Shown: positions 11,509 to 23,900 of the stretch, piece after piece
How positions within the stretch are numbered: the stretch's first letter is position 1
Layout: each line of letters opens with the position of its first letter
Notes under the pieces: model-generated
What the model was told of the DNA's origin: nothing
What the model saw: the letters and a program-made list of their open reading frames with translations, nothing else
Database searches by the model: none
DNA from: the human T2T-CHM13v2.0 reference genome, Homo sapiens
Direction: 5' to 3' (one strand)
Length of the DNA stretch: 64,000 nucleotides
Assembly: GCF_009914755.1 (NCBI RefSeq)
Contig: NC_060932.1
Translations under genes and position numbers: made by a program

Positions 11509-14500
11509 GCATTGAAATTAAACAACATGCCCCTGAATGACCAATGGATGAAGGAAGAAATTAAAAAACAAATTTTAAAAAATCTTAAAACAAAAATAGA
11601 AATGCAGCATATCAAAACTTATGGGACACAGGCAAAGTAATAGGAAGAGACAAGTTTATGATGTTTCATGCCTATGTGAAAAAACTAGAAACATTTCTAA
11701 TAACAAACTTAATGATGCATCACAAAGAACTATAAAAACAAGAAAAGCCAAACCCAAAATGAGTAGAAAGACTAGAAATAAACTAAAATGAGACTAAAAA
11801 AATACAAAAAGTGAACAAAACAAAAGTTGTTTTCTTTAAAAGATAAAAAATGACAAACCATTAACTAGATTAATAAAAAAAGAAGACCCAAATAAATAAA
11901 ATCAGAAATAATAAAGGCAACATCACAGTGGATACCACACAAGTACAAAGGATCAATAGAGACTAGTATGAACAACTATATGCCAAATAATTCAAAAACC
12001 TAGAGGAAACACATAAAACCTACCGAGATGGGACCAAGAAAAAAATAGAATACCTGAACAAACAAATAACAAATAATTAGGTTGAATCAGTAATAAAAAT
12101 CTTCCAATAAAAACAGTCCAGGGCCAAATGGCTTTACTACTAAATTCTACTGAACCCCTAAAGAAGAATGAATACCAATTATTCTCAAACTATTTCAAAA
12201 CATTGAAGTAAAGGGAAATCTTCCAAACTCATTCTGTGAGGCCAGCATAACCTTGATATCAAAACCAAAGACACAACAACAAAAAGAAAACTACAGGTCA
12301 ACATCTCTGGTGAACAGAGTAAAAAATCCTCAAAAAAATACAAACGAACTGATTCCAACGATATATAAAAAAGATAACACATCATGATCAAGGTAGGTTT
12401 ATCCCAAAAATTCAAGAATGGTTCAAAATATGCAAATCAATAAATACATTATATCAACAGAATGAAGGACAAAAAACTTATGATCATCTTAATAGATGCA
12501 AAAAATTAAAATTTGACACTACTTTCTGATTAAAACTTGCAATAAATTTGGAATATAAGGAAAGTAACTCAACATAATAAAGGTCATATTTGATAAACCT
12601 AAAGCTAATATCATACAGAATGGGGAAAGTCTGAAAGTTTTCCTTCTAAGAACTGGAATGTGGCAAGGGTGCCAACTCCCAAAACTCCTATTCAATTGGT
12701 CCTAGAATTCCTAGCCAAAGAAATTAGGCAAGAGAAAGAAATAAAGGGCATCCAAATTGGAAAGGAGGAAGTCAAATTGTCACTAGCTGGAGTCGACATA
12801 ATCTTATATATGAGAAACCCTAAATACAGTACCAAAATCTTTAAAACTGATAAATAAATACAATAAACTTACAGCATACAAAATCAACATAAAAATCAGT
12901 AGTGGTTCTATACATGAACAGTAAATAGCTGAAAAGCAAATTAAAAAGAAATTCTGTTTATAATAGCTACAAAAATATAAATGCCTAGGAATAAGTGCAA
13001 TAAAGTAGGTGAAAGGCATCTACAAGGAAAACCACAAAACGCTATCAAAAAGAAATTGAAAAGGACACAGACAAATTGTAAGACATCCCATGCTCATGGA
13101 TCTGAAGAATTAATATAGTTAAAATAAAAATACCACTGAAAGAAATCTACAGGTTCAATGCAGTCCCTTTCTAAAGACCAATGATATTCTTCATAGAAAT
13201 AGGAAACGAAAAACTTAGAACTTGTATGGAACCACAAAATCCTTGAATAACCAAAGCACTAATGAGCAAAAAGAACAAGCTCGAGGCATCACACTAACAG
13301 ACTTTTAACTGTACTACAAAACTGTAGTAACCAAAACAGCATGGTACCAGTATAAAAACAGACACATAGACCAATGGAACACAATACAGAACACAGAAAT
13401 TAATCCACTTCTCTATATAGCTAGATTGATTTTTTACAAAGGTGCCAAAACTGTTTATTGCAAAAAAATGACACCCTCTTTCAATAAATGGTACCATTAA
13501 AACTGGATATTCATATACAGATAAACAAACTAAACCGTACCTCTCACCTTATATAAAAATCAAACCAAAGTGGATCAAAGACCTAAAGGTAAGACCCAAC
13601 ACTATCAAACTACTAGAAGAAAACATAGAGGAAATGTTTTAGGACATCAGTCTGAAGGAAGATTTTATGAATGAGACCTCAAAAGCACAGGCAATAAAAG
13701 CAAAATTATGCAAATGGTATTATATTCAACTAAAAAGCTTCTGCCCAGCAAAGGAAACAACAGAGTGAAGCAACAAACTACTGAATTGAGAGAACATGTT
13801 TGCAAACTATTCATTTGGCAGGGGATTATTATCCAGAAGATATAAAGAATTCAAACATTTCAACAGCAAAATAAACAAACAATTTAAAAATGAACATGTT
13901 TTCTGAACAGACATTTGTCAAAAGACATTTGTCCAACAAAAGATGAATGAATAAAAATAACATGGTATACATGCACAATGCAACACTGTTCGGCCATAGA
14001 AAGAATGAAATCTTGTCATTCATGGCAACATGGATAGAACTGAAGGACATTTCATTAAGTGAAAGAAGCCAGGAGCAGACAGTTAAACAATGCATATTTT
14101 CAATCATATGTGTAAGCTAAAAAGCTGTTTACCTAATACAAGAAAAATGAGAAGAGGATAAGTTTGAGTTTGAGACGGAGGAAGAGGAGGATAGGGAGAG
14201 ACTTGTTAAATGATACAAAATTACAGCTAGATAGAAGGGCTATGTTCTAGTGTTCTATACCACTGTAGTATGATATAGTTAACAATATATCATACAGTTT
14301 CAGATAGCTAGAAGGAGAATATTAAATGTTTCCAACACAAATAAATGATACATGATTAAGATGAAGGAAATATGCTAATTACCCTGATGTGATTACTATT
14401 AACATTATATGCATGGCAACATCACTATATACTCCATAACAATGGACAGTTATTATTTGTCAATTTTTAAAAAGATAAATAAAATTTATAAAAAAGAAGT

Positions 14501-14739
14501 TAGATTCTTAAATCAACTTTATAGAGCCTGAAGTTATGCAGAAGGTCATGAAAGGTAACATGAAGCTAACCTGAATACCAGTAATAACTAGGTCACCACC
14601 TAGAGAAAAACAAAAAGCTTTATACCTCATCCTCTGTGCAGAAGCATTCTGATAGAACATGTTATAAAACACTGAAAGAGACACTTGGAGGTTGGGGAGG
14701 TATTTGGGTAAAATCCAATGAGGCAAAACCATAGAGAAC

Positions 14740-15640
14740 AATAAGATATTTGTTACAAATATATTGGAAAAGTATTAGGATCCAGGATGCATAAAGAATT
14801 TCTAAAATTCAAAAATAAAATGATAAGAAACCTGATTTTCAAAAAGAATTAATAAATTTAGTAGATCCCTTAACAAGAGAAAACAAGGGTGGCAATAAAC
14901 ATATGGAAAAGCAAGAGGCTCTATCTCATTAGAAAAGTTTCAACTGCAATGAGGCATAATTCGCCACCCACAGCTTGACAAGAATTTGTAAGTCCAAACG
15001 ACTGTTAGGATATAGAGAAAAAAATACTTATATAGTGCTAATAGGAATGAAAATTGCTTCAAAAACTCTACAAAATATATTTGTATTATCTAGTCACATT
15101 GCAGAAGCAAATCCTATGAACAGCATTTCAACTACTGAGACACTTAGGGACATTCTTGGCCCTATATCCCAGAAAAAAAATGTTCAAGCATGTTCACATA
15201 AAACAAATCGTTGAAAAAATTCCAAGTATCCAACACAAGTATATGCTTAAATAAATTGTGGAATAGTCCTACAATGGAATGCTATATAAAAGAGAATTAA
15301 TTAAACAACATACAACATCAACAACAGAATGTTGAGTGAAAATATTAACTTGCAGAATAAAACATATTTATGTTCCTTGTATATAGAATTCAAAAGCATC
15401 AACAAATATAAATTTTGCACATATTGTAAAATAATAAAAACACAGGAAATATAGAAATAAAACTAGCAGATGAGGCAAATAAACTTGAGAAAGGTCAGGC
15501 ATGAGCCTCAGAGTTAAATATAATTTTCTATTTCTTAAATATTGAAGGTTGATATACTTAGACACTTTTGATAATTCTTTATGCATTATACATATATAAA
15601 ACATTATTTTATATATAATAAATGTTTAATCAATAAAGAT
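14740..15640 (+). mobile_element. Ancient L1ME-class 3' fragment
   Basis: atccaggatgcataaagaatttctaaaattcaa, ggcaataaacatatggaaaag, aataaattgtggaatagtcctacaatggaatgctat, atgttgagtgaaaa. Confidence 0.65.
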
Positions 15641-16081
15641 AAATAATACAGACAAAAAAAACTATAGCTGTGCTCACTAAATGCTTGTTTCCGACTACAC
15701 TCTTCTACTTGATGACTGAATAGTGATTAGTTGGTGACAAATAATAGAACAATTAATATTTAGGAAGAAATTCTGAAAGAGAAAGAAAAAAATCAAGAGA
15801 GTGGGAGTGATATAGGGAGGGGTGATGAGGAAGGAAAGGAGAAAGAGAGTGATATAAAGAAGAAAAAATTTAAAGAGAGGAAGAAAATGAAAACTTGTCA
15901 GAGATGTATCATTAAATATCAAACATTGTGTTACAACTTTCTGCATGTTTTATTTAACCCTCATATGAAAACTGTAAGGAAGGTATATTCGTTTATAATT
16001 TAAAGATGGGAAAAGTAACTTATATTAAATATCCAAATATTAGGGAGGGAGGAGAAAAGGGAGGGAGGGAAGAGAGGGAGC

Positions 16082-16447
16082 TTATACAGTTTGGCTCTGT
16101 GTCCCCACCCAAATCTCATCTGGAATTATAATGCCCATAATCCCCCCGTGTTGAGGGAGGAACCTGATGGGAGGTGATGAGATCATGGTGCTATTTCCCC
16201 CATGCTTTTCTTATGATAGTGAGCTGTCACAAGATCTGATGGTTTTATAAGTGTTTGGCAGTTCCTTCTTCACACACCCTCTTGCCTGCTGCCATGTAAG
16301 ACATGCCTACTTTCCCTTCCATCATGTTTGTAAGTTTTCTAAGGCCTCTGCAGCCATGCAGAACTGTGAGTCAATTAAACCTGTTTTTTGAATAAATTAC
16401 CCAATCTCAGGCAGTTCTTTATAGCAGTGTGAGAATGGACTAATACA
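16082..16447 (+). mobile_element. THE1D-like MaLR solo LTR
   Basis: tttggctctgtgtccccacccaaatctcatc ... gcagttctttatagcagtgtgagaatggactaataca; TSD ggagc/ggagg. Confidence 0.9.
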
Positions 16448-17529
16448 GGAGGTAACGATAGAAAGAAATATGGAAGAGAAGTTTGAAGGGAAAAATGATA
16501 GGAAAAAAGGAGAAATGAAAACAGTAGGAAGGTGTTCACTAAAATAACGTTTCCCTAGCAATATTTATGAAACATTGAATTTTAAATAAATATTTTTTGA
16601 AATATGAAATATAACTTGCAGAACTATAGCCTTAAGTGTAAAATTTTTTCCGCATACCTATGATTCAAACACACAGAAAATTTTCTTTTCTATGTTTTAA
16701 AAGTGTTAAGAGAAACAGTGGTTGACTATCCCGCTAAAGATCTACAAATGTCTAATTCATGGCCCCTTTGGATGATGGTTTCTGGCTCACTGAACTCTTA
16801 AGAGTAGTTTTCATACTTAACAAGCCCCCTTAGGAAGAAATTTTCGGTAAACTTGATCCACTTGACAGATAGCAGCACTGATGCTCAGGTATTTAGGTAA
16901 ACTTCTTCATGGTAGCAGCTGAGCTAGACAAGAACCCATTATGTATTTTTCCATCTTTTCAAATTCTTCCTAAGTTCATCTTTAGCTGATTTTTTTTCTT
17001 TGGTATAAACTCTATATTCATCATATACTTACAAAGATTTGCTAACTTTCTACAGAATTGAACAAATTAGTGGGTTTAAATATTTTATTGTATTTGCTAA
17101 TTATGTTGATAATGTGTTGAACAGGAGCGGAAAATGCATGAGTATTCAAAAAGAAAAAAATGATAATTGTGAATCTATGTATGCAATTGGAGATTTGCTA
17201 AATTTCAAACTTCACCACTGGCGTTAGTGTCAGTAACAAGTTCAAATCAATTCAGCTCATGCACAACTGCTGAAAGAATGAGTCATACTGCTGGGTTTAA
17301 TGGAGAGACAATGACGTGCACTTGGTGGTGCAATTTTGAAATCAAATGTGAAGACAGACATCGTTTGTCCTTTGCAGTTTGGCTGGAGTGTGGAGTCATA
17401 GGTCATCACAATTTGTTCTCTTTGCTCTGTTGGTTTAATCAGCATTTTACAACAGTGTCAACTAACTTATTTTAGTATTAATTCATAGTCTCTTTGAAAC
17501 AAGCATTTGGATTTTTAAGATGGTGTGTT

Positions 17530-19600
17530 CTCTTTTATTCTTTCAATAAGCATATTCTGAGTACCTAACGTGTTTTATCAACTATAAATCCAACAGTGCA
17601 AACATGAGTAACATGGCCCTGCTCTGGAGACTACTGGGAACACAAACACAGGTAAGTGCATCAAACAGAGATAAGGACTGTTAAGAGGGGGTATGAAAGA
17701 AATTCCATGTGAGAACAGGGAGGTGTGCCCAATTATCACTGTGAGCATTAGGGACAGGTACATACTAAAGCCCTTGAAATGTGCTAGTAAGAATATAAAA
17801 TACGTCTTTAAGACAGAGGTTTTCATTATCTCCATCTTCACATAGAAACTGAGCTGAGAGTTTAAATAATATAGTCCATGTCACAGATTGTTATGATCTG
17901 GTAGAGTTAGGTCATGAACAGCAGTCTAGTTATCATTTATGTGTCATCACTGCAAAACTGAGAGCACAAAGACTCTCTATCATGCTGCCCATATTTGCCC
18001 AAAAGCTGGGACAGTGTCCAATACATAGTAGATATTTTATAAATAGTGCTATAGATAGATGAATGCATATGCCAACAGCCTACCTAGTAAGCATTTTGCA
18101 AAGTGTTGATGGCCCTGTTGAAAACCTCTGTGATCACTCCTTGGACTTTCTTGCCAATAACCCAATGAGAGGCAGGGAAGCACAACTAACCATGTGTTTT
18201 TGTGCCCTCTTTGTTTCTATAGTACCTCTTCTGCTGCATGTTGATTATCTATCCAGGTAATATTATTTAATAAATTCCACAAGTATTTATTGATTGTCTA
18301 CAATGTGCCAAAAACCATACTAGGAAATACAGGCACAGCATGGAACAAGAGAGGTTTAGTGTTTCTTTTCCTCTCAAAGTTTATATTGTGATGGGCATTA
18401 TTTACATTTTCTATTTCAAAATAAATTCTTATGTTTTTGTTAAAATAAGTAGACATAACTTTTACAGATTAAAAAGATTTTGGTAAAAACAAAATTCTAC
18501 TTTACATTTTTAACTATTTTTATTTGTGCCTTCTACATAACAGAATGGGATCTCTTCTTAGTTTCAACACAAACATTGAGGTAGAGACATATAGTTATTG
18601 GTATTGTGTATGCTCACTTAGAACTTATCAACTACTACACACTTCGCTGATACTTTACCATCCCTCCTCTACCCCACCTCTAAACACAACAGATTCATGT
18701 TTAGAAATGCCTGCAATTCATTTTTTGTTACATTTTAGATCAAAAGATATGAGTGGACATTTTTTGGATTAATGGCTGCTTTAATAAACATATGGTAAAA
18801 ATAGCAAGCAGAATTTTTTTTAAACAAACATTGCACTTAATCACATTAGCCTGAAGTGGAAATGGATCTGAAAAAGAATATTTAGCACAGTGATAGCAAC
18901 AATAAAAACTACCAGGTCTCACAGGTGTGTTAAGTAATCTTTACGTGAAACACAATCAAGAAGACATTCTTCAAAATAAAAAGATTCAGAGATGCGAAGG
19001 AACTTATCCATAATTGTTACACAGCCAGTAAATGGCAGCTCTGTTTTTATTCATTCAGTTTTCATTCTGTCATTTTTTTATTTCAGTGAGTAGCAATCAT
19101 GCCTTTATTTTAAGTATCTGACACTGTGTTAGGAGCTGGGTTTGCTGTGAGAAACAAGACAATCAGGTATTCTTCCCTCATGAGGTCTACTGTCAACTGA
19201 GGAGACAGTCAATAAATAAATATAATAAGTACAAATCTTGATATGTGATTAGTGAGACAAATTGGGTGACTGGAGAAAGGAGAATGAAGGAGACCTGCCT
19301 TAGATTGGTGCTGAAGAATTCTCTGAAGAAGTGGCATTGAAGGAGAGCAGGGGAGAGTTAGAAGGAACCAAGCCATGAATAAATTTTGGAAAGAAAATAA
19401 TGCATCAGGTCTAAAGTTGAGAACTGCTGGTGTTCCTGACACGTTGTGACTGAGGGGAGCATTTCAGTGGATACATTTGGAAATGACAAGAGAGAAGGAA
19501 TCATGCTGGGCTTCATACACGACAGCAACAATTTTGTTTTTTATTTGAAGAGTAATGGAAAGCTATTAAGAGATTTTTAGTTGAGGGAGAAGATAAAATG
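17530..19600. mobile_element. Scattered L2 and MIR remnants
   Basis: L2 3'-end text on minus at ~17530-17780, ~18270-18400 and ~19030-19600 (cattcagt..actgtgttaggagctggg..gtgagaaacaagac); L2 tail on plus ~17940-18070; MIR pieces ~17800-17920 and ~18960-19020. Approximate. Confidence 0.6.
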
Positions 19601-20293
19601 TTTCATTTGAACAAATGTCTGATGATTTCCAAGCCCACACCATGTGCAATAGCCCAAATGTTCTATGGATGTGCAATGTGTGAAAGGACTTTGGAAAACA
19701 GGAGAAACTCGGCAACTGCAAGGCGGTAATGATAATAAATGTCTTCACCTCCTGAGTGGGGAATATTCAGCAAGTTTTCAAAGGACGTCTTAGTTTGTAT
19801 GCCTTTGGGTTTCCATTTTGTTTTGATTTTGCATGGCAAAACAACATACTCCCCTTGCACACCTACAATGTAAAACACATAGGCTGGCCCTTTAGACACA
19901 AATGGCAATGATATACCATTTGCTGAAAGAAGTTGGTGATATATTGCGTGAGAAAGATGAATTAAGAAAGCACCTCAGTAAAATTGATGCTTGCATCAGA
20001 AACAATCCGTACCCTTAAGGTGAGGGAGCCCAAAGAACTGCAGAGGAGGAAGCCCAACCAGCCTTCAGATGGATTCCTTCTGATTTTTTCAGTGTGTTTA
20101 TGCTTTGCTCTTTTGGCTTGTTTTACACTCTCTCATGCTATAGTCCACTTCTGGACAAAGGTTCTGCCTCTTGAATACGCTCTTAAATTCTTTGCCTTTC
20201 CAAATTTAGCTTGATTTTCCTACAGATATTTTAGTGAATCTCCACAGAATGTACAAGTGATATAAAGACTTTAGTGAGAGTGAAGTGCCCTCA

Positions 20294-20604
20294 TTTATTT
20301 AGAGATAGGTTCTAGCTCTGTCACCCAGTCTAGAGTGCAGTATCATGATCACAGCTCATCTCAGCCTCCACCTCTAGAGCTCAAGCAATCCTCCTATCTC
20401 AGACTCCAGAGTGGCTGGGACTACAGGCATGCACCACCACACCTGGCTGTTTTTATTTATTTATTTATTTATTTTAAAAATTTTGTTACAGATGGGGTCT
20501 CCCTAGGTTGCCCAGGCTGATCTTGAACTCCTGGGCTCAAGCTATCTTCCTGCTTTGACCTCCCAAAGTACTGAGATTACAGGCATGAGCCACTTCACCA
20601 GGCC
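20294..20604 (-). mobile_element. AluJ (Jo/Jr-like)
   Basis: gatcacagctca, gctcaagcaatcctcct, gttgcccaggctg..gaactcctgggctcaag are AluJ-type diagnostics; (TTTA)n middle linker. Confidence 0.92.
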
Positions 20605-20833
20605 TATTTATGTATTTTTTTTTGAATAAATGTTTTCTGCACTTAAAACTTGGAAAATTTCAAATAAACACAAAATAAGAAAACAGTACAATGAATCCCA
20701 TGTTCCTGCCACACAGTCTCAAAAATCAACATTTTTCCAATCTTGTCTCTATCCCCTTCCCACTCTCCTGTCCCCTGGAGTATTTTTTTTCCCATTTCCT
20801 GGAGTATTTCAAATTAAATGTTAGACATCATAA

Positions 20834-22118
20834 CGTGTCTGGAATTGGTGGGTTCTTGGTCTCACTGACTCCAAGAATGAAGCAGCGGACCCTCGCAGTT
20901 GAGCATTACAGCTCTTAAGGCGGCACGTCTGGAGTTGTTCGTTCCTCCCGGTGGGTTCGTGGTCTCGCTGGCTTCAGGAGTGAAGCTGCAGACCTTCGTG
21001 GTGAGTGTTACAGCTCATAAAGGCAGTGTGGACCCAAAGAGTGAGCAGCAGCAAGTTTCATTGCAAAGAACCAAAGAACAAAGCTTCCACACTGTGAAAG
21101 GGGACCCGATGGTTGCCACTGCCGGCTCTGGCAGCCTGCTTTTATTCTCTTATCTGGCCCCACCCACATCCTGCTGATTGGTCCATTTTACAGAGAGACG
21201 AGCGGTCTGACAGGGCGCTGATTGGTGCGTTTACAATCCCTGAGCTAGACACAAAGGTTCTCCACCTCCCCACTAGATTAGCTAGATACAGAGTGTGGAC
21301 ACAAAGGTTCCCCAAGTCCCGATTAGAGTAGCTAGATACACAGTGTCTATTGGTGCATTCACAAACCCTGAGCTAGACACAGGGTGCTGATGGGTGTGTT
21401 TACAAACGAGCTAGATACAGAGTGCCGACTGGTGTATTTACAATCCCTTAGCTAGACATAAACGTTCTCCAAGTCCCCACCAGAGTCAAGAGCCCAGCTG
21501 GCTTCACCCAGTGGATCCCGCACCGGTCAGCAGGTGGAGCTGCCTGCCAGTCCTGCGCAGTGCGCCCGCACTCAGCCCTTGAGTGGTCGATGGGACTGGG
21601 CGCCCTGGAGCAGGGGGCGGGGCTTGTCGGGGAGACTCGGGCCGTACAGGAACCCAAGGAGAGGCGGAGGCTCAGGCATGGCGGGCTGCAGGTCCCCAGC
21701 CCTGCCCCGCAGGGAGGCAGCTAAGGCCAGGCGAGAAATCGAGCGCAGCGCCGGTGGGCCAGCACTGCTGGGGGACCCAGTACACCCTCCGTAGCCGCTG
21801 GCCCGGGTGCTAAGTCCCTCATTGCCCCGGCCGGCCGGCCGCTCCGAGTGCGGGGCCCGCCAAGCCCACGCCCACCCGAACTCCAGCTGACCCGCAAGCG
21901 CCGCGCGCAGCCCCGGTTCCCGCTTACGCCTCTCCCTCCACACCTCCCTGCAAGCTGAGGGAGTCAGCTCCGGCCTTGGCCAGCCCAGAAAGGGGCTCCC
22001 ACAGTGCAGCGGCGGGCTGAAGGGCTCCTCAAGCGCGGCCAGAGTGGGCGCAAAGGCCGAGGAGGCGCCGAGAGCGAGCGAAGGCTGTGAGGGCTGCCAG
22101 CAACGCTGTCACTTCTCA
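20834..22118 (-). mobile_element. LTR12C (HERV9) solo LTR, ~1285 bp
   Basis: Termini cgtgtctggaattggtgggttcttggtctcactgac ... gctgtcacttctca; perfect 4-bp TSD ataa (20830-20833, 22119-22122); internal gctgattggtg..gagctagacac repeats; CpG-rich U3. Confidence 0.96.
21110..21480 (-). promoter_or_regulatory. Putative LTR12C core promoter (CCAAT/NF-Y boxes, GATA, AATAAA TATA-like box), firing leftward
   Basis: attgg at 21177, 21221, 21349; ttatct at 21150; tttatt at 21141. This is the known ERV9 LTR promoter layout; activity at this locus is not shown. Confidence 0.6.
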
Positions 22119-23188
22119 ATAATATTTCACCTGTGAATACTACAGTATGTATCGCAATCAACTAGATTTTTTTTCTGTTTTTAGTCACTTTCTAATTTCA
22201 AGGTATTGCTAAAAGTCCTGGTGATAAAGGTTGAAAATGAAGGAAGCTTACATCAGCCCACAGTTGGTGTACTCAAAATCACTTCTGACCCATTTTCTTC
22301 AGGCCAAGTCCTCGCTTTCGTTAAGTGAAGTGAGATTTTCCCTAGGAGGTTGATCTCAGTGTCTCATATAAAACCTGTGTTGGACGGACCCTATTTTTCT
22401 ATATTTTCCAGTCTTCATTGAATCTTTGAAGAAATCTACCTCATATTTTTATGTGTCATATGGGTTTAATGGAATGAAATAGCAATTAGAGCTACTGTGA
22501 TCAATACTGGGGACGTGGTAGACTCACGAGTTCTTAAAGTGGCAGGGGCGAATCCAATCTTGTTATCCATTGATGTCTACTAAATATTTACGTTTAATAA
22601 AGATCTCACTTGAACCTGTGGAGTGAAGCTGAGGGGCTATTCTAGGGAATCATTTGAAAGAATCAGTGAAGACTCCTGCCTGCCCAGTGGTTCTGACCCA
22701 TGGCAAGCAGTGACAATCTGATGTGGCATAAATACCAGATGGTGACAAATAACACTGACATTTTGTCAGAAGCAAAGACATGACTCAGAACCAAAAACTT
22801 TGCCTAGATGAGTGTCAGTGTTTGGTGACAAATAGCTCAAGTCTGACAGCATGCTTCACTGCATAGACTTTCATCCATCACGGAGAGTTTTTTTTTAAAT
22901 CTCAGAACACAAAACACCCAACTGCCAATATTGGGTGACATGAGAAGGAAGGTAAGAAAAAGGCAAGTGAGAAGCAGCGACAAAGACAGAGAGCCTGAAT
23001 TGCAAAACAGTGATTCTCATTTTATTTTAAGAATCTTATTTTTCACCACTCTCATACTTCATAATTCAGAAGTGCGTTCTGCTGGTCCTCTCCTGAAAAT
23101 AAAAGTGCTGGGAGAGGGGTGTTCGAAGTTGTCAAATGAGTCCAAACCTGATAATCAAAGAGTTAGCACTTGATCTGTGCATTTTTTG

Positions 23189-23292
23189 AACATATATATG
23201 TGTGTTATATATATATATATAACATATATGTGCTATATATGTATAAAACATATATGTGTTATATATATATAACATATATATGGAATGTATAT
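23189..23292. repeat. TA-rich micro/minisatellite (aacatatatgtg..tatatat units)
   Basis: Four degenerate units starting aacatatat are directly visible. Confidence 0.9.
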
Positions 23293-23369
23293 GCTTATTT
23301 GCTTGTTTAAAACAATTTGCTAAACTAATAGCACAATCTACTAACAGCCAAGTTTGGTAGATGATAGCA

Positions 23370-23900
23370 GTGAGATGAACATTGAACTTTGAATTAGAAA
23401 ATCTGAATATTGTGTCTCAGTTCTACAAACTATTAGCTGTGCGAGTTAGCTTTCCAGAGCTGTGTTCTCACTTGTTCATCTATACCTGAAATACTTATTG
23501 AGCACCCTTAATGTGACAATCACCGTTCTTGACCCTGTGATACAGTGATAAACATGAAAGGAAGAGGTCTCTCACTCCATTGAGATTCCAGTGACATGAT
23601 ATAAAAAAGAACAAATCAAAAAATAAAAAGGGCAAGGTAATTTTAGTGTTACCTACTATGTAGAAATAAAATAAGGTCATTTGAAAATGATTAGGCCATG
23701 ACTGAGAATTGAAATAATGTACTCTAGGATTGGATGGAAAAGAAGAACTCTCTGAAATGGTAATAGTTTTGCCTTAACTTTAATCATGAGAAGTGTCAGT
23801 CATGAGATGACCATAATTAATAGGATTCCAAAGAGAAAGAACAATAAAAAGAGAAGTAGAAGGAGAGGACATGGAGTATTCAAGGAATAAAGTGAAAGTC
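23370..23900. mobile_element. MIR (+) followed by L2 (-) remnants
   Basis: gaactttgaattagaaaatctgaat..actattagctgtgcgag (MIR); aaatacttattgagcacc..gattccagtg (L2). Confidence 0.6.

Larger units (their letters stand above)
8721..14495 (+). mobile_element. Long degenerate LINE-1, L1MA4/L1MA5 class (partial 5'UTR, ORF1, ORF2 with deletions, 3'UTR, A-rich tail)
   Basis: ORF1 remnant ~9230-10250 (caggaagctcaaag, gatttctcagttgaaatct); ORF2 start ~10439; RT-region peptide [28 protein letters not shown] (ORF 12660-12857); 3'UTR gatacaaaattacagctagatag..atgctaattaccctgat. Many stops and frameshifts, so inactive. Confidence 0.92.
20630..22170 (-). mobile_element. L1MC4/5-like 3'-end fragment split by LTR12C
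   Basis: ggaaaatttcaaataaacacaaaataagaaaacagtacaatgaatcccatg ... agacatcataa | taatatttcacctgtgaatactacagtatgtatc. Confidence 0.6.

Noticed and set aside
12660-12857. Reverse-transcriptase-like peptide
   Set aside because: Fragment of a dead L1 ORF2 with surrounding stops and frameshifts; not a functional RT.
21448-22161. Overlapping GC-rich ORFs and an apparent CpG-island gene promoter
   Set aside because: Entirely within the LTR12C U3; stops are rare because of high GC content.
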